In this document: positions 1 to 11,640 of the stretch, piece after piece | How the letters are laid out: every line of letters starts with the position of its first letter | How positions within the stretch are numbered: position 1 is the first letter of the stretch | NCBI GenBank assembly: GCA_013239625.1 | Contig: MU053557.1 | Location: 1,185,063 to 1,249,062 of the forward strand | Length of the DNA: 64,000 nt | Origin: Lama guanicoe | Taxonomy: Eukaryota | Direction: 5' to 3' | Notes under the pieces: generated by a model | Database searches by the model: none | Told to the model about the DNA's origin: nothing | The model's input: only the letters and a program-made list of their open reading frames with translations | Program-made: the position numbers and the translations under genes

Positions 1-669
1 CTAATACTCTGTGCTAAGCATAATAGTAGTGAATCCAATAAAGCCCACTGGGTTTTCCCAGTTACTTGGAATTAATTATGTGGATATTGCCTACCTCTGC
101 CTTATACAGATAAAACGGTAAGTTAGATAAAAGCATATGAATAAAAAGTGAATTTATCATTACTCTTTTACCCTTTCCACCCTATCTCTTATTCCAAAAA
201 AGAAAGAGGGGATCACATAAACACATTGTGACAGTGGCTTTCTATTGTGAATAGTCCAGCTGAGATTATAGGAAATGTGCGGAAAGAGGTTTCTCCTGTC
301 CATTCTGAAAAAGACACACTACTAAGCACCCTCTTAAACCCAGTAAAGGAAGAAAAAAAATTACATTAACTTTCTCATGGAGATTTTTTCATCTTACCTA
401 ACAAAATCATATTTTATTCAGGATTTCATATACTCCTCTACAACCCAGGAGACTGAAGGGAATTTGAATTAGGGATAGAAGGTCTAGGGTAGGCTTACAG
501 CAGCGACTTCCCTTGATGATGATTGCCTTGGGCGTGGGAATTGACACCAATGAGTTATAAGGAGAGCATCTGGGGGATTCATATTAAGGTCTTTCTTGTT
601 TGTTCTTGGAAGCCATCCAGGAATGGCTTTCTGTTGGTATTGGTCTGGATAGGTTCGGTTATTGGTGGG

Positions 670-990
670 TTAGAATAACAAAGGTTTATTTGCTTTTTAC
701 ATTAATTTCTGTCACAAGTGGGATGGGGGTTCTCCTCTGCGCCATCCTCTCTCTGGGACATGGGCTGGCAGAGCAGCCACTCTCCAGAACATAGCAGATC
801 ACTGTAGCAGAGGAAACTGGCTCATGGAGCCCACACCTGGTAGTGTCTTATAAAACTTCCGATCACGTTTCACTAGTGAAGGTAAGTCACATGAACACAT
901 CTAACGTCAAGAGAGCAGGGATGTACAAATCTACACGTGCCAGGGAAGAAACCAGGGATGTCTGCTGGAAAATACTAATGAATATAGCTT
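670..990 (-). mobile_element. MaLR LTR (MLT1 family), old and degraded
   Basis: Contains 'ataacaaaggtttatttgct', 'gcagagcagccactctccagaacat' and 'aagtcacatgaacacatctaac..aagagagcagggatgtacaa', resembling the MLT1K/L reverse strand. Confidence 0.6.
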
Positions 991-1019
991 TCACTCTGAG
1001 TACCATTTTTTGTCTTGCT

Positions 1020-1225
1020 CATGGAGAGAGTAGAACACCATGACACAGAGACGAGCATTGCCAAGAGACTAGAAGGAGAAGTGGTCCAGAGACCACAGAT
1101 GAAGTCAGTCTTGAAGCCCATCCTACCTTTGGATTGCTAGCCTTCTGAACCAGTCAGTTTACACAGATTTTAAGCCAGTCTTAGTTGAGCTTTCTCTAAT
1201 TTTCAGCCCAAATTACCCAACTAGT
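1020..1225 (+). mobile_element. MLT1 LTR 3' part
   Basis: Ends 'ttaagccagtcttagttgagctttctctaattttcagcccaa', the typical MLT1 3' terminus. Confidence 0.6.
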
Positions 1226-3469
1226 AGTATTTATTACCAAATGCTTTTGAGTCAGTGTCATCAGTCAGGACCCATTCTAAAGAGAGGAGACACAGCAGTT
1301 TATCATTCAGGCCACAACCTCCCTTTGGGATCTTGCATTCCCATGAGATTTATGTTGGAAACTGCATATTAAAAAGCAAACTGAAGCTCTGCACATATGT
1401 AGTATATTACTCGGTTATGCTTCAGTAGAGCAATTTCTTCCTTTGTATCATATACAAAATCCCTAAAAATAAGCAAAGGGGAACTTGCTATATCTCACTG
1501 CAGAACCACACAGAAAGGCAGATGCTTGCTATTTATTTCCTGGCTCTGGACTCTGACATGATTGGCAATCAGACACTGGGGACCTGGCCATCGCATCAAA
1601 TTCTCCTATTTTTGAAATGTCTCAGAGCAGCAACAAAGTTTTAGTGGGAGCTTGTGCAATATTATAAGCTCTATCCAGGGTATATTTTTGATCCATTCTG
1701 AATTATGTCTTACAACTATAAAGGCCAGATAAAACCCAAATTAGAGGTTATTGTTTTCTTTATTTTTTAAGGACATAAAAAGCCAGTACTGTGAGTTTTA
1801 GAGGGAGTAAGGAGAGAGTGAGTCAGGAAGGAGACCTGATTGGGGAACCAAGGAATCCCTTGCATTTTGTCAGTTCTGCCAGGCCAGTCTCTGTTGATTC
1901 TGACTCTCCTTGATCTGTTTAGTGAGTGCCACCCTGTCCTCAACTTCCCCTGAAGATATCAGCATGCTCAGAAAAAGAAATTACTAAGCCAGCTGTATGT
2001 AAAGACTGACTAGCCCTGGACTTGTCGGAAATGTGAACCATTACTTACGTTGATCTTTGATCTATTTTAAGTTGGACTTTTCTGCTATTTGAAACTAAAC
2101 TATCTCTAACAGTGACTCCTAAAATCCCACTTCACTTTTATACATGTGTTACATCTTAGGAAACACTGCTTTGAAGCAAAAGGACATAACTTGAATAATT
2201 GCAATGACCACACACCCTGCAGTAGACTTCACAACCTACCAGTGGTATCACAATTCCTGTTGCCCACTTTTTAATACCTGCTTGTTCATCTAGAATCACA
2301 TCACTGATTCCTTAACTAAGCGTTCTTCAACTCTACCCCTATCAAATAAAGAAGGGTTTCATTCCTCTCCTAAAACCTGTGTAAGTACCTAATGCTTTAT
2401 TTTGTCAGATTAATTTTCATACTTTGAGTAATTTGCCTGTTCACATATCTCAGTACTCAAAAAAATTGGGAGCTCATTGAGGGTGTAGAATATGTGTGAG
2501 GGTGCAGAATGTGTTGATTAATTTGCACAGTATTGTTCTAAGTGGAATACAAAATAAATATGAATAAAAGATATCAGAGAAGCCCAAAGTGATGGTAAAG
2601 AGAAACTGTAAGACAGAAGATACTTCCAGAAATGAGGCTTACAATGCAAACCTCAGTGCTTTGTTCTAAGAATGCCAAGTTGAGTTTCACCTCTTGTTCC
2701 AACATGGCCTGAAGAACTATGTTGAGATGGATTCTGAGTCCACATTTCATGGAGAACAGTGCCATGTCTGATTAGTGGTATCTGCAATGGAGGCAGAAAG
2801 GGAGGTTTACGATACATAATTCACCGTAATTTGCTATCCTTGATCTATGTATTTGTTTACAGGTAAGTGAAAATTTTGGATCGATCTAAACTTTTTGGCA
2901 AAAAAAAAAGTGATCAGTTACACAAATTTCAGGCCCCATGATATCAAACTATACATACAGTTTAGGGGAAGCACAGTTTTTCTTGGTAGTCAGTGAGATG
3001 GAATCTTTTCTGACAGTTGTTGTCAAGTGGACAGTTATGTATAACGAACATCTTATCTGACAATGTTCTGAAAGGGCGTACAATGACAAGAGTTACTGCT
3101 GTTGTGATCATTGTGATTTCTTACACTGACCCTAAATAAAGTCAAGAGGGATTTTAAATTGCGCAGTTCATCGAAAATAAACCTTGGCATGGCCAGTATG
3201 TTAATGTAGTCTAGGTAGGCTGTTTTCTATCCATCTAGGTAGATTCTAAAAATATACAGAGGAATTGATTGACAAACTGAATGTACTTCAAGCAGGCTTC
3301 CATGAAAATTCTTTCTCCCAGATAATCTTTTGATGCATAAGCTTAGTATTTTGCTACTACAAGCTCAGTGTTATATTTAGTGAAAGAGAACAAGTGCATA
3401 AAGTGGGTTTATGATGTTCTGTATGGTCAGATAATTGTGAAGAACAAGATATATATAAAATAAAGTTGT

Positions 3470-3700
3470 AATAATATCTCACATCTACTGAACAGTTATT
3501 CTATGCCATAAACTGTTTGGCTCTACCTACATTATATCTTAATTTTTACAAAAAAAAAAACCTCAATGAAGTATTTCTTTTCAAAGGGGAAAACTGGTGA
3601 TTGAGAAGATTAAGAAACTTATGCTGAGTCTTATGTCGTAAGTGGGGTGAGAAGAAATGCAGCATCAAACTGTTTGAGGGCAAAGTCTGTAGGCTTAATA
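3470..3700 (-). mobile_element. MIR SINE
   Basis: Degraded MIR core 'ggggaaaactgg..gagaagattaagaaacttatgc..gtaagtgg'. Confidence 0.55.
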
Positions 3701-4574
3701 TGAATGAGTCTACCATAAACAGCTTTCAGCAGAAAATTGAACTGGGTGTACAATTACCAGTCTTGAGAAATATTAGTTGCCTAATAAGTTAGAATTATTT
3801 TGAAAGACAGTCGTCTAGCTCCAATGGAGGATGGGTATCTTTTCTGATTCTTTTCTCTATTCCCAGTACCCAGCACAAGGAAGCACCCAGGGTAGTGTCG
3901 GAATTAATAGAGTGAGTAACCAAGTGAATGAAGAAGCTAAAGATGAGACATTTTTGAGACCCACTCTTGCCCAAATAGACATCTTTGCCTGCATGTTTTT
4001 CAGTCACAGCAAATGAGTTTTGTATCATCTCTGCCAAAATTGCAAGAGATTTTCTATAGAGTGATGTACTTGGTTCTCTTAGTTTCAAAAGCACTGTCAA
4101 AAGATGCTTATATTTAGTACTACAGGTATGTAAATCTGCCCCCTTCATCAGATTATAAGGGGTCAGTTAAGGTCACTGGGAGATCATACAAGGGACATTT
4201 TCACATACAAATATGAGAGATCTGATTTTTCTCTTTACTCTGAGGCACACACCCAGAACTAATGCGGGTTAAATGAGGAATTTTTTTTCCATGTAGTCAT
4301 CTGATGCAAGCAGTTCAACATGCTGAGTCAATTTTTATGCAATCACTAGGCTTTTAACCAGAGTCTAGCCAAGATTTCTAGAAGTAAGAAAATTATGTTT
4401 CATTGCAAATAAGCTCAATGGTGATAAATTACTTACATATAGTTGAATTCAATTAAAATCTTAACAATTGATACAAAGTTGACAAGCATGCAGATAGGGG
4501 ACCACCTTGATCTGTGAGGAAAACATTGTGATTAGCACTCACGGGTCCCAGCACTATCCCTTTGTGCCATCTTC

Positions 4575-5230
4575 ACAGACGAAATCTTGATTTTGTCTAG
4601 TTTGGGTTGACCCAGGGCAGTAGCTCTTAGTTCCTCATGCTTGACTTGAATTTCCACATGAGTATCATGAGGGGCATGTGATGTTTTCCTCTTTAATATC
4701 CATTTCATCTTTCCCTTTTCTTAGCAGCACTCCAGATTTCCCAGCCAAGCAAATGAATGGAATCCATCTCACTCCCAGTTCTGTGATTAGGTCGGATTTT
4801 CTTAAGTCAGTCAACATGTGTTATCTTCCTGGCCACAGCCATAGATTGAGGCATAGACATAAGACCCAAAATGGGTCAATAAGTCAATGAGGCTCAGTTA
4901 AAAGTGTTTAGTTAAGCTATGAAAAAGCAAATTGATTCTTGTCCAAGTGAACACGGACTGAAAAGTATGGTACTGCTGATACACTATTACCCGTATTGAG
5001 AGCATGTGGAAATAGCCCTACTGAGTAAGGAGCTGATTCTAAGAAAGGATTGGGGAGTAGAAAAGAGAAAATGAGTTAACCTGAAAAAGTAGAAAGTCTT
5101 GCTAAAAGAAAAAAAAAAAAGACTAAAAGAAGAAGATGAATCCGAGGTCACAACATGAGTCCTTGGTAAAGCCACATAGAAGCTATCTTAACCCCTAAAA
5201 TCGTCAGTAATTTATACCAATTGCATGTAC
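4575..5230 (+). mobile_element. MLT1-like LTR (degraded)
   Basis: 'cttcctggccacagccatagattgaggcatagacataagacccaaaatgggtcaat' and the following 3' part resemble MLT1I/J. Confidence 0.5.
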
Positions 5231-6112
5231 GTGTGTGTATGTTGTGTGTGTTGTGTGTGTCTAGTCCAAAAACTTAAAGCCCAAAACCCTATTAAAGGAA
5301 GCTTGTGGGTTTTACTTAAAACTCTCAGGTTTTGTGTCAGAACAAAAAGGCAGTATAGGAGATAGAGCTTCAGTCCAGCTTATGCTGTAACATGAAACTG
5401 AAATAACTGTTTCTTTATTTTGAACTGTATCTTCACCATGCTGCAGTCTGTTGCCTTTTTTCCCTAGTTTTTTCCAGAAAATCATTTGAAGTCTTATTAA
5501 TATTCATTGGTGTCTCAGAAATAGAACTTCAGGGTGTTTGAAGAGTCAACTGCGTAAAATTGTTCCCAAAATTTTCCACTAAGTAAAATGATAAAAATGA
5601 GATTTTTAAAGGTGTCATTCTCTTTCTTCTGTGACCTCTTTAGAAAAAAAGATACACACAAAGAATAAAATGGAAGTGTATATACAAATACACAAATGAG
5701 CTCAATTTGAAATGCATTGAAAGGGCCTAGGAGAGGAAGTCGTGAATGAGATACAGCACATTTGGCCACCATAGGCAGTGTTCCCTCAGGATGTTGCAGT
5801 CATTTTGGCTTCATCTGTACATCAAACAAAAAATTGTACAGATTAATTTAACTTATTAAATATACTCCTATTTCAGTTTTACAAGTTGTTGCTTAAATGG
5901 CAAAAGCAAAATTTGTCAAAACATAAATAAGCAAAGGCCATGCCCTGATGGAGATCAGTACTTCTACATTTTGTACACTGGCCAGCTGTACAAAATAGGG
6001 CACCTCTGGAAATGTGGGAACTAAGGTAGTCACTAGTAGTGCATTGTATGTGTGGATCAGTAGTTTTGTGTGTGAAGAGACAGGACACGAATAAAATTAA
6101 AATTTTTTGAAA

Positions 6113-6325
6113 GGCAATATCTGGTGGTGCTTAGAAACACACATTTTGGAGACAGATAAGTAGGGCTTGAATCCCGACTCCTGTATTTCTCATCTTTGTG
6201 ACCTCTCCAGTCTTTTGCCATCTGTAAATCGTAAATAAAAATGATATTTCCCACATGGATCTGTAGTGAGGATTAACAGAGACAGTTCATTCAAACCCTG
6301 AGTTAAACACTGAACTAAGAAGTGA
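6113..6325 (+). mobile_element. MIR SINE
   Basis: 'gggcttgaatcccgactc', 'catctgtaaa' and 'gtagtgaggattaacagagac'. Confidence 0.65.
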
Positions 6326-6389
6326 AATCATATCTTTGTGATTGTGAACTATTAGTTCAAAATTATTCATAGCACAGAACAAAAACCAG

Positions 6390-6550
6390 GGACACAGGAA
6401 TCTCGGGAAATAATGGGAATGTCTGTTACCTAGATGATGGTACTAGTATCACAGATGTTTCCACATGTCCAAACTTATCAAATTACACACACTAAACGTG
6501 CATCTGCAGCTCTTTGTATATAAGTTACACCTCAATAAAGATATTTAAGA
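6390..6550 (+). mobile_element. Old L1 (L1MC/L1MD-type) 3' end
   Basis: 'catgtccaaacttatcaaattacacac..ctttgtatataagttacacctcaataaag', a typical L1MC/MD terminus with AATAAA. Confidence 0.7.
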
Positions 6551-6714
6551 AAGTCATAACGAAACTCAAACAAACAAACAAAACCCCAGGTTTTAAAGGA
6601 AAGTAAATATTAGCAAGAATTCCATCCATTTACTGATTCAGTATATATTTATTAAGACCGTGGGCTCTGGAGTAATTTTCCTTGAATCTGAATCTCATTT
6701 CTTCCACTGAACTC

Positions 6715-7243
6715 TCTTATTATAAAATGTATCATACTTAAAAAATGTATGAAATGCATTGTATGTGTGTGTAAGTGAATATTAATAAAACGAGCAATTG
6801 TACTCCATCAATAAGATTAAGAATTAGAGCATACCAGTATATAATCTCTTTCTGTGTCCCTCTCTAATCATAGCTTGCCTTCCCCTTTCACAGATGATGA
6901 ATAATCTGAATTTTGAACATTGCCTTGCTTTCCTTTATGATTTTCCTTCATATTGATATATAGATTGTATGTGTATGTCTCCAGTTGTTTGGGCAAGACT
7001 TTCTCTAAGGTATACTTAGTAGTAGAATTACTAAGTCATGTCTACTGCTCGATGCCAAAATTATTGTCAAAATAGTTGGAACAAATGACATTTCCCCACT
7101 TTCAGCGTATGAGAATCTTAATTTCTCTGACCTTACCAATACCTGATATTATTTGACTTGACTTTTTTGGGTGGGGTGAGCAAATGGCATGGAGTTGTGG
7201 GGGGAGTGGGGAATTAGATGAGTGTGAAATAATATCTCACTGT
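6715..7243 (-). mobile_element. Ancient L1 (L1ME-type) 3' fragment
   Basis: 'tatacttagtagtagaattactaagtcat', 'cagcgtatgagaat' and 'gtgtgaaataatatctcactg' match the antisense of the L1 ORF2 end/3'UTR. Confidence 0.6.
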
Positions 7244-7244
7244 A

Positions 7245-7991
7245 TTTTCCCCAGCTTTATGGAGGTATAACTGAAAATTTTGAAATGTATATATTGTGTA
7301 TCACTTGATGTTTTGGTATACACATACATATGAAATACTGTAATCAAGGTAATTAATATACCCATCATCTCACTTTGTCAGGTTTTCTTTTCTTTCTTTC
7401 CCTTCCTTTCTCCCTCCCTACCTCCCTCTTAACCTTTCCTTTTCCTTCTTTTCTTTCTTTCCCTTCCTTCCTTCCTTCCTTCCTTCCTTCCTTCCTTCCT
7501 CTTCCCCCCTCCTCCTGTGTTAAGAACACTTAAGATCTACTTTCTTAGCAAATTTCAACTATACAGTGCACTATTGTTAACTACAGCTGTGTTGCACATT
7601 AGAGCTCCAGAATTTACTCATCCTACATAACTGGCACCAGGTATCCCTTGACCAACATCTCCTCATTTCCTCCTCCCCCCAATTTCTGGCATCTACCATT
7701 CTACTCTGCTTTTGTGAATTTGATGATTTTGATACTACATAAAAGTGGGATCATGCAGTGTCTCTCTTTCTGTATCTGGCTTATTTCACTTAGTATGTCC
7801 CCTCCAGTTTCATCCACATTTTTTGCAAATGGCAGGATTTCCTTCTTTCTCTTGGCTGAATAATATTCCATAGTATATATATGCTACGTTTTCTTTACCT
7901 AGTTGTTGATGTTGAACGTTTAGGTTGTTCCCATATCTTGGCTATTGTGAATAATGCTGAAATGAACATGGGAGTACAGGTATCTCTTCAA
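7245..7991 (-). mobile_element. L1 (L1MA8/9-type) 3' UTR and ORF2 C-terminal end
   Basis: 'aagaacacttaagatctactttcttagcaaatttcaa' and 'ggctattgtgaataatgctgaaatgaacatgggagtacaggtatctc'; probably the 3' end of the element continuing at 8374-10769. Confidence 0.85.
7383..7515 (+). repeat. (TTCC)n / polypyrimidine simple repeat inside L1 3'UTR
   Basis: Direct reading: cttccttccttcc array. Confidence 0.95.
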
Positions 7992-8373
7992 GCAGATGTG
8001 GTACACACACACACACACACACATACACACACACACACACAGTGGAATATTACTTAGCCATAAAGAATGAAATAATGCCACTTGCAGCAACATGATGGAC
8101 CTAGAGTTTATCATATTGAGTGAAGTAAGTCAGAGAAAGAGAAATATCATATGATATCACTTCTATATGAAACATAAAAAAAAAGATACAAATTCTATTT
8201 ACAAATCAAAAACACTTACGGACATAGAAAACAAACTATGGTTACCAAAGAGGACAAGGCAGTGAGGGATAAATGAAGGGGTGGGGATTTTCAGACACAC
8301 ATTACTATATATAAAATAGATAAACAACAAGGACCTATTATGTAGAACAGGGAACTGTATTCAATTTCTTGTG
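7992..8373 (+). mobile_element. Cetartiodactyl-type L1 3'UTR fragment lacking its terminus; contains (CA)n at 8003-8041
   Basis: 'gacatagaaaacaaactatggttaccaaag..ataaaatagataaacaacaaggacc..gggaactgtattcaat'. Confidence 0.9.
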
Positions 8374-10376
8374 CTTTTGTTTGTTGTAAGTTATTTTTTG
8401 ACTGCTTCTTTTAATACTAGTAATTATTCAGATTATCTTTTTCTTCCTGATGAAGTCTTGAAACATTTTATATTTCTAGGAATTTATGCATTTATTTAAG
8501 TTGTCCAGTTTGTTGGTATATAACTTTAGTAATATTCTATTCATTTTGTTGTATTTCTGTGATATTGGTTGTAATTTCTCCTCTTGTATTTTGTTTATTT
8601 AGGTCCTTTTTTTCTTAGTAAGCTTGTCTAAAGCTTATTAACATTGTTCATCTTTTCAAAAAAAAAACAACCAGTTCTTGATTTCATTGATCATTTTTAT
8701 TATTTTTGGTCTCTACTTTTTTTTTTTTTTTAATTTCCACTGTGACTTTTTAAAATCTCCTTCATTCTGCTGCTTGGGTTTTGTTTGTTCTTCTTTATTT
8801 AATTCTTTTAGATGGTTGGTTGCATTGTTTAAGTTTTCTCTTGTTCCTTGAGGTAGGCCTGTATCACTATAAATTTCCCTCTTAGAACTCCTTTCACTGT
8901 ATTCTATAGCTTGTGGAAGGTTGTGTTTTTATTTTCATTTGTCTCAAAGTATTTTCTAGTTTCCTCTTTGATTTCTTTATTGACCCATTGATTTTTTTCG
9001 TAGCACGTTTAGTCTCCATGTGTTTGTGTTTTTCCCATTTTTCTGTCTGTAATTGATTTCTAGTGTCATACTTTTCTCATTAGAAAAGATACTTGATATA
9101 ATTTCTATCCTCTTAAAAGTGCTTAAATTAAAACTTGTTTTGTGGCCTGGTGTGTGATCTATCCCAGAGAATGGTCCATGGCTACTTGAAAAAAATGTGT
9201 ATTCTGCTGTTTTTAGATGCAGTGTCCTGTAGATATTTCTTACGTCCAGCAAGTCTAATGTGTCATTTAAAGCTATTCTTTCTTTATTGATTGTCTTTCT
9301 GGATGATCTGTCCATTGATGTAAGTGGAGTATTGAAGTCCCCTGCTATTGTATTGTTGTCAACTTCTCCCTTTTTGTCTGTTAATATTTCTTTATGTATT
9401 TAGATGCTCCAATATTAGGTACATATAAATTTATGAATCTTACGTATTCTTCTTGTGTTGAGCCCTTTATCATTATATAATGCTCTTCTTTGTCTTTTGT
9501 TGTTGATTTTGTTTTAAAGGCTGAGGTGACCCTTGTTTTAAAGGCTAATTTGAAATGAGCATTGCTACTCTAGCTTCTTTTTGTTTCCACTTGCGTGGAA
9601 TATCATTTTTCATCCTCTTGCCTTCAGTCTTTGTGTTTCTTTAGCTCTGAAATGTTTCTCTTGTAGGCAGCATGTAGATGGGTCTTATTTTTATCCAGTC
9701 AGCCACTTTATTACTCTTAATTGAAGCATTTAGCCCATTGGCATTTAAAGTGATTATTGATACGTATGTTCTTATTGCCCCTTTGTTGTTTTCTGATTTT
9801 TTTGTATCTTTGTTCTTTTCCTTTAAATCTCTCCCCTGTGGTTTGATGATTTTCTTTAGTGTTGTGTTAGTGTTCCTTTCTAGTTTTTGAGTATCTACTG
9901 TAGGTGTTTGATTTGTGTTTACCATGGAGTTCAGATATGTTGATCTGGAGCTATATCTATGGGTTTTAAACTGAAAGTCATTTAAGTTAAAACACATTTT
10001 AGAAGTTGCACATTTTTCCCCCTCCACGTTTTGTGTGTTTGATGTCATATTTCATACCTTCATGACTATTCTTTTGCTGTTTATTATCGTTAGTTTATTT
10101 TACAGTATATTTGCCTTTACTGGTGTTTTTTCTCTTTCTATAATTTCTTAATTCTTGTAGCCTTTTCTTTGGCAGTAAAGAAGACCCTTTATCACTTCTT
10201 TTAAGCATTGAACTCTTAGTTTTTGCTTGTCTGAGAAGTTATCTGTTTTTCAATTCTGAATGATGACCTTGCTAGGTGAAATATCTTAGGTTGTAGGTTT
10301 TTTCCTTTCAGCGCTTTAAATCTATCCTTACTCCCTTCTGGTCTGCAAAATTTCTGCTAAAAAATCAGCTGATAGC
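8374..10376 (-). mobile_element. L1 ORF1 3' half plus ORF2 endonuclease/linker region (pseudogenised)
   Basis: ORF track gives 'YVSIITLNANGLNASIK..VADWIK' (EN start) and 'MDRSSRKTINKE..IYRTLH..AEYTFFSSSHG.FSGIDH'; ORF1 'LSADF..LQTRRE' near 10330-10376. Confidence 0.95.
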
Positions 10377-10384
10377 AATATTTG

Positions 10385-10769
10385 CAAGCCCTTGCTTGTA
10401 CAAGCTCTTCAGGAACAGAGTCTTATTTTCCTACTGCCTTTCAGTGAGCTGCAGTGGTTTTGAAACCAGCTGATGTTGGACCCCGGGGCTGGGGTGTCTT
10501 AATTTACGGCTCAAGCGCCTTGCTCGCTAGGCCGGATCCCTGAGCCTGTTATGTCCCCCGACTTTTCTGCATCCTGGCCAGATCATATCTCCTCCCTCCC
10601 TTCCAGACTCCCTGTGAATCTTTCTTGACAGCCTTGGTTGTAGAAGAGCAGTCCTGCTAGTCCCCAGGTCAGTTTCTGTAGAGTCGCTCTGTACGTGGTT
10701 GTGGTTTTGATATGTTCATGACGGAGTGAGCCCAGCATCCTGATACTCCGCCAGCTTGAGCTCTCTCCT
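10385..10769 (-). mobile_element. L1 5' UTR including the 5' tip
   Basis: Reverse complement begins 'ggagagagctcaagctggcggagta', the YY1-like L1 start motif (10744-10759); locally CpG-richer. Confidence 0.8.
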
Positions 10770-10799
10770 GTTCAGTATCTTTAACCTGTGTTTTTGCCT

Positions 10800-11515
10800 T
10801 GCAATTGTTTGCTGAAAGGTGTACATGATATACTGGGTTAACAAGAAAAAAATTGTAGTAACTAGGACTTAAGGAATGTGGTGGTAATGTGGAAGAGGAA
10901 AACGTTCCATGACCCTATGGTTAGGTATTAGTCTTTTGGTCAGCCTGGGACCTTGGACTGTGAACTTCACCAGTGCTTCTCAGTGTTTTTCTTGCTTTTC
11001 TCTCTCTTAGGTGGAACAAGGTGACTACAGGAGGCTCGAGTTAAGTAGTTCCCTTCTCCCAGGTAGATTAGGCTTTGAAAAAAGATACCAGATTAGGCTC
11101 CGTACAATAGTTTTCTCAAGGGCAGGCTTTGTTTACAAGAACAGAATACTCTCATGTGTTTCAAAAAGCTTCTTTTTCCTTCCCCCTGCTGGAAGCAGGA
11201 GGGAACTTTTCTTCAATCACTGTGATTGAGGACTTGGTAGAGATCCCTGGGGTAAAAACTCACAGAAGTGTGACTGGATCCCCCTGAAGTTTTTGTCTCT
11301 TGGATGTGGCCACACTAAGCATGTAGCAATTCACTAATTACAGTTTAAGTTGTCCTACCCGACCCCCGCAGAGGTTTCTGCTAGTGGTCTCCTGCTCTGG
11401 TAATTTGTGATTCTCTGTATCTGTATATCTCTCCAGTTTTTAGGGGAACACTTTGCCCTGTGACCTATGGATATAAGAAGCTTGTTGATTATCTAGTTTG
11501 TTTAGCTTTTTACTT
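10800..11515 (-). mobile_element. Old L1 (L1MC/L1MD-type) 5' region fragment
   Basis: 'ctctccagtttttaggggaacactttgccctgtgacct..gatataagaagcttgttgatt..gtttgtttagcttttt' resembles L1MC/MD 5'-end consensus. Confidence 0.6.
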
Positions 11516-11519
11516 TTGC

Positions 11520-11640
11520 TTCTTTGTTCTTGTTCATTATTATTTCTCTGGCACTTGGCCTACTATCTTGCAAACTGTCGACACATGATAAATAGATACT
11601 GAATGCGTATATGAAAGAATGAATGAATGCATAAGAGAAT
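11520..11640 (+). mobile_element. L2 3' tail
   Basis: 'ttgttcattattatttctctggcacttggc..aaatagatactgaatg..gaatgaatgaatg'. Confidence 0.6.

Noticed and set aside
62..123. Possible small exon ending ACG|GTAAGT (8 or 56 nt)
   Set aside because: Neither length preserves frame, the peptide is unrecognised, and the window edge prevents evaluation.
2478..2515. 19-bp tandem duplication TGAGGGTGYAGAATRTGT
   Set aside because: Ordinary two-copy slippage within an L2-like remnant.
3795..4148. 117-aa minus-strand ORF
   Set aside because: Partly overlaps an L2-tail-like sequence, has no recognisable homology and no exon signals.
8977..10048. ORFs of 112 and 135 aa
   Set aside because: Frameshifted fragments of L1 ORF2 endonuclease and inter-ORF sequence, not host genes.
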